A stretch of 64,000 nucleotides of DNA from Paraspadella gotoi (taxonomy: Eukaryota; Animalia; Chaetognatha), in the NCBI GenBank assembly GCA_051294375.1, contig CM119269.1:8243225-8307224 (forward strand), given 5' to 3'. This document shows positions 59,896-64,000 of this stretch, one piece after another. The translations under genes and the position numbers were made by a program. Position 1 is the stretch's first letter. Every line of letters starts with the position of its first letter. The notes beneath the pieces are model-generated. The model ran no database searches. It was not told the DNA's origin and saw nothing but the letters and a program-made list of their open reading frames with translations.

Positions 59896-61656
59896 TAATA
59901 ATAATAATAAAATAATAATAATAATAATAATAATTAATAATAATATAATAATAATAATAATAATATAATAATAATAACAACAATGGGTTAACAAATTTAA
60001 CCCATTATGCGCTAAATTCATTGTAAAACGTAATAATCAGGCTTAAATGTTCACTGCCATGAAATTGACCCCCTGAATCCACCGACCTGCATATGCATCG
60101 CGGCGTAGAGCGTCCCGTAGAAAATGACGGCGGAATGCCCCGACGGAAACGACAACCGCCCCTTCAAGATCTTGGATTCACTTTCGCCGCCGCAGACGAA
60201 ATAAAGTCCGCCAACCGAGCGGGACTCGTCAGGTGGCGCCACGTAGAGGCGAGAGAGAGAGGCGGAGAGGGCGGGGCAATCGCCGAGGAGATGATCGGTG
60301 GAATTGTAGATGAGGGGTTGGCAGATCTGATGGGGTTGATGCGGAGAAGGAAGGGGTGGGAATAAGGGGGTCCGAATAAGGTGTAGGAGAAAACCTTTTG
60401 AAGAAGAAGCAATTCATTAATTGACATTGTGGCGACAGAAACTTATCGCACTTCCTGCCCTCACCATCAACTTGACAGCGGTATTGGCCGGATTGCAAGA
60501 TTACAACAAAAAAAAAAAAACTAAATCGCTGAAAAGGAAAAGCCCAGAAGGGTATGTAGGGGTTTTAAGCAGTTTAATATTCAGTAAACTTGCAAGAATT
60601 TAGTCAAAAATAATAAATGCAGATTTTATTTTGAAGTATTATTTTTCTTTCTCTTTTTTTAAGGCGCCCTTTTCACTGTATCTCTCATACTCTTAAATTG
60701 ATGCCTCATTCTCCCGCGTCCTATTCTCACCTCGACGAAGTGTGGCCTCAATCTTCCCGTCGAATACTTTCCGATTTCCACGATTGCGTTGAGGTAGAGA
60801 CCACCGGCGACGAAGGTCACCAGCGGCGAGTACAGCGGCGCCGCAAATTGGCGCCAATTGGAGGCGAGAGGAGCGCCGGGCGCGCGTTTGAAGCGCCGGA
60901 GGGACGCGGCGACGACGACGACGACGCCGACGAATGGTGGCGACGAACAGGCCAACCACCAGCGGACGGAGTCGCTGGAGTAGCTGTTTGGGTGGTCAGA
61001 GGGGGGGAAATTGGGGGGTGGGGAGAAGAGGGGGAGATAGGAACGGGGCAGATGAGGGTGGGGACCAGGAATGGGGAGAAGCGATATAGGGATTATCCAT
61101 TGGGGAGGTATTAGGGAAGTAACGGGAGGAGAATAGGAAGGAAAGGGATAGATAGATAGATAAATAAGAAATAGTAAAGGGGGAGAAAGATGGAGGAGAA
61201 TAAAAGGGGAAAATGAAAACCGTTAAGGGAAATGAGGAAATTTTCGATCGTTTGTGATTTGACGTCTTAATCTCCAAATCAAATTTTCTTTGGCTTCGTT
61301 AGGAAATGCCATATTTTTACATTATTTATTAAGTTGTAATTTCGTTTAAGAACGAAAAAATGATTTAACTCAAAATTATGATTAATTCGCGATTCGATTT
61401 TGAACAAGTCGCTTTTGACTTTTTATATCGATCGATCGTGATTAGAGACTAAGAACTTCTGACTTCTATCTTTATCTATCTTCATCTATCTTCTGACTTC
61501 TATCTTTATCTCTCGCGTTCGAATAAAAAAAAATTCTTTCTTTTCTATCGACACCAATTTTTTCTTTCTTTTTTTCTTCTCCATTTTTTTCCCGCATCGA
61601 AAAAGTTGATCACTTTTTTCGAATTTAATCTCTAAAAAAGATGCCAGATGAAAATT

Positions 61657-61750
<94 letters not shown>

Positions 61751-62750
61751 ACCTTCTTATACAGGAAAAAAATTCTAATAAAATTTTTTTTATACATTAA
61801 TGTTCATTATTACAACGTTGTTCATTCCTCACTTTTAGAATTTTAATTTAAGTTGTATGTAAGCTCTTTACTACGATTTAATCTGCAAGCTTTCAATCGG
61901 GACACAGTCTAGTTTGAAAATTTATCGAAAGTTAGAGAAAGAAGAAGAAAGTTAGAGAATTGGTTTTGACAACATTATTTTCAATCGACGACGACGACAG
62001 TCAAGTCGTGATAAAGGAAGAATCAATTCTATTTTCTTTCTTTTTTGTCTGTGTGTGTGTCAATTTGTTAACTTCCCCACTCATTCAAAGTTAGAAACTT
62101 GGTCTTGGAAACATTATTTTTAAACTCCACTCAAAACAAAAAGGCTTGAAAGTTAAATATGAGGTACTAAAGCAAATGAGGTTTCTTTCTTTCCCAGTCG
62201 CTGAATAACCGTTTGAATAAACGGTTTCCGATCCGCGACAAAAAAAAAAAAACCAAAAAAAAAACAAAACAGGATTTCAGACAACAACAACTTCAGCAGC
62301 AGCAACAACAGCCGCATCGGCTGCTGCATCGAGGAGGGTCGATCGAATTCCTAATCAGTGGATCGATTTTGAGTGGGACATTAATATGCAAATATTTGCA
62401 GAAAATGTACCTGCAAATAATATGCAAAAAACTTTTGAGGCTTCGTTTATTTAAAAAAATAAAAGTCACAACGAGGTTGAATGATGACGAACGGACGAGG
62501 AATGACATCGTTGATAAATTAAAGTGATGAACAGTGGCATGAACCTATCACTCATCTATCACTCATCTATCACTCATCTATCAGTCATCTATCACTCATC
62601 TATCACTCACGGATATCTGATGGATTCGTCGTCGCAAAAGAATCCTCTCGTCGTCGGCTTCACCGTCGCCTTCAGGACGACGGAGACGACGACAGGAACG
62701 ACGATGAAGACGACGTGACACGCCCCCTGACGCCAGGCGCTCGGCGTCAT
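59264..62750 (-). CDS. PLPP: Phospholipid phosphatase (PAP2/LPP, wunen-like), ~313 aa
   Basis: Exons 62750-62611, 60983-60731, 60326-60087, 59728-59687, 59530-59264 join in phase. RGFFCDDESIRYPY; C1 KYSTGRLRP; C2 SFPSGH; C3 TRVSDHAHHPGD. All three catalytic motifs are present. Confidence 0.92.
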
Positions 62751-63021
62751 TTCCGGTGCGCGTGTCCGGACGGGGCGGAGAGAGAGAGAGACAGAGAGAC
62801 ACGCCCACGCTTCCGCCAAACGCCGCAAAAAAAAAAACGCCCGCAAAACCCAAATATAAAAAATCAGATGGAAACCGAATTTTTTTTTTTTTTCTTCTTT
62901 AGAACAAAAAACCCGGTTTAACTTCGTGGATCTGCTGGTATCGGATTTTTGGTCGTTGCTGTTGTCGTCGTTGTTGTTGTCGTTGTTGATCGAGTTTAAT
63001 CGAATCTTGTTTTTCCGCGCG

Positions 63022-63222
63022 CGACGACGACAACGACGACGACGACTGTCAATTCGTGATCGAAGAAGTTGACAAATCCGTCGATACGATTGACCTTTTG
63101 TTCATTTGTAAATTTGTAANNNNNNNNNNCGACGACGACGACGACGACTGTCAAATCGCGATCGAAGAAGTTGACAAATCCGTCGATACGATTAACCTTT
63201 TGTTTATTTGTAAATTTGTAAG
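63022..63222. other. ~95-bp direct duplication either side of a 10-N gap (unmerged contig overlap)
   Basis: GACGACGACTGTCAA..GTAAATTTGTAA occurs before and after N 63120-63129. Confidence 0.85.
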
Positions 63223-63796
63223 TTAGTAAATTTGTAAAGTTAAGTTTCTCAATAATTCTTTTGTTCGTTTGTTAATTCCTTCTTTATATTATTCATTGTT
63301 TTAGTTTATTTGTTAATTTTTCTCTTTTTCCTTCATTTGTTTTCATTTGAGGCTTTGGTTGTTTTTTTTTATTCAATTGTTTTTTGTTTTTTTTGTTTGT
63401 AAATATTTAAATTAACGATGGTCAAATGCGTTTGTTTTTTGTTTGTTTACGGATCTTTTATTGATGGCGTCGTTGCCTTTGGCATTATATGTAGGCGGCG
63501 GCGGCGGCGGCGGCGACGGCGGCGTATTTAAGCAAAACAAATTAGAATACCAAGGATTGAATCAGTGTCGTCGTCGTTGTCGTCGCTTTCGTTTTTTTTT
63601 TAGAGAGAATTATTTACGCACATTAGTCATTAGGGTCTGTAACTAAAATACTTTTGAGTATCAAATGCATTAATATCGAGATTTAATTAACGTCGCGGGT
63701 TGATTTTGGAATTGCAAATTTGGACGGACTGGGTTGTGTCGTATCACTGACGGACGGAGAGAGAGACTGGAGAGTTCCTACGCTGAAACACTGAGA

Positions 63797-63908
<112 letters not shown>

Positions 63909-64000
63909 CGGGTGTTTCTCAGGGTCGCGTGCTGTTCTGAAGTTCAAACGAGTGGAGACTGGTTATTGAAATGAAGTTGTTTTCGTTTTTCCGTTTGTTG

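Overview
Draft-assembly genomic DNA from an animal: GC- and CpG-rich short exons, AT-rich GT-AG introns, abundant (AG)n microsatellites and four N-gaps. Most ORFs in the supplied track are microsatellite noise. Splicing exons by hand gives six protein genes: the 3' end of ADHFE1 (+), a prokineticin-receptor-like GPCR (-, 12 coding exons, 3419-18005), a tan-like C45 cysteine hydrolase (-) that appears to lie inside an 8.5-kb intron of that GPCR on the same strand, ASPDH (+), TTLL5 (+) and a lipid phosphate phosphatase (-). The main find is a cluster of four related SINE-like elements at 12.0-14.4 kb built as 5' hairpin + tRNA-like A/B boxes + a circularly permuted type-P5 twister-ribozyme fold, whose T1 pseudoknot covaries between copies. 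The copy antisense to the host genes looks intact; the three sense copies are damaged. Also present: Tc1/mariner-like and hAT-like MITEs, a DINE-1/HINE-like family, minisatellites and probable long-read gap-fill artefacts inside TTLL5. Family calls come from remembered motifs; no database search was run.
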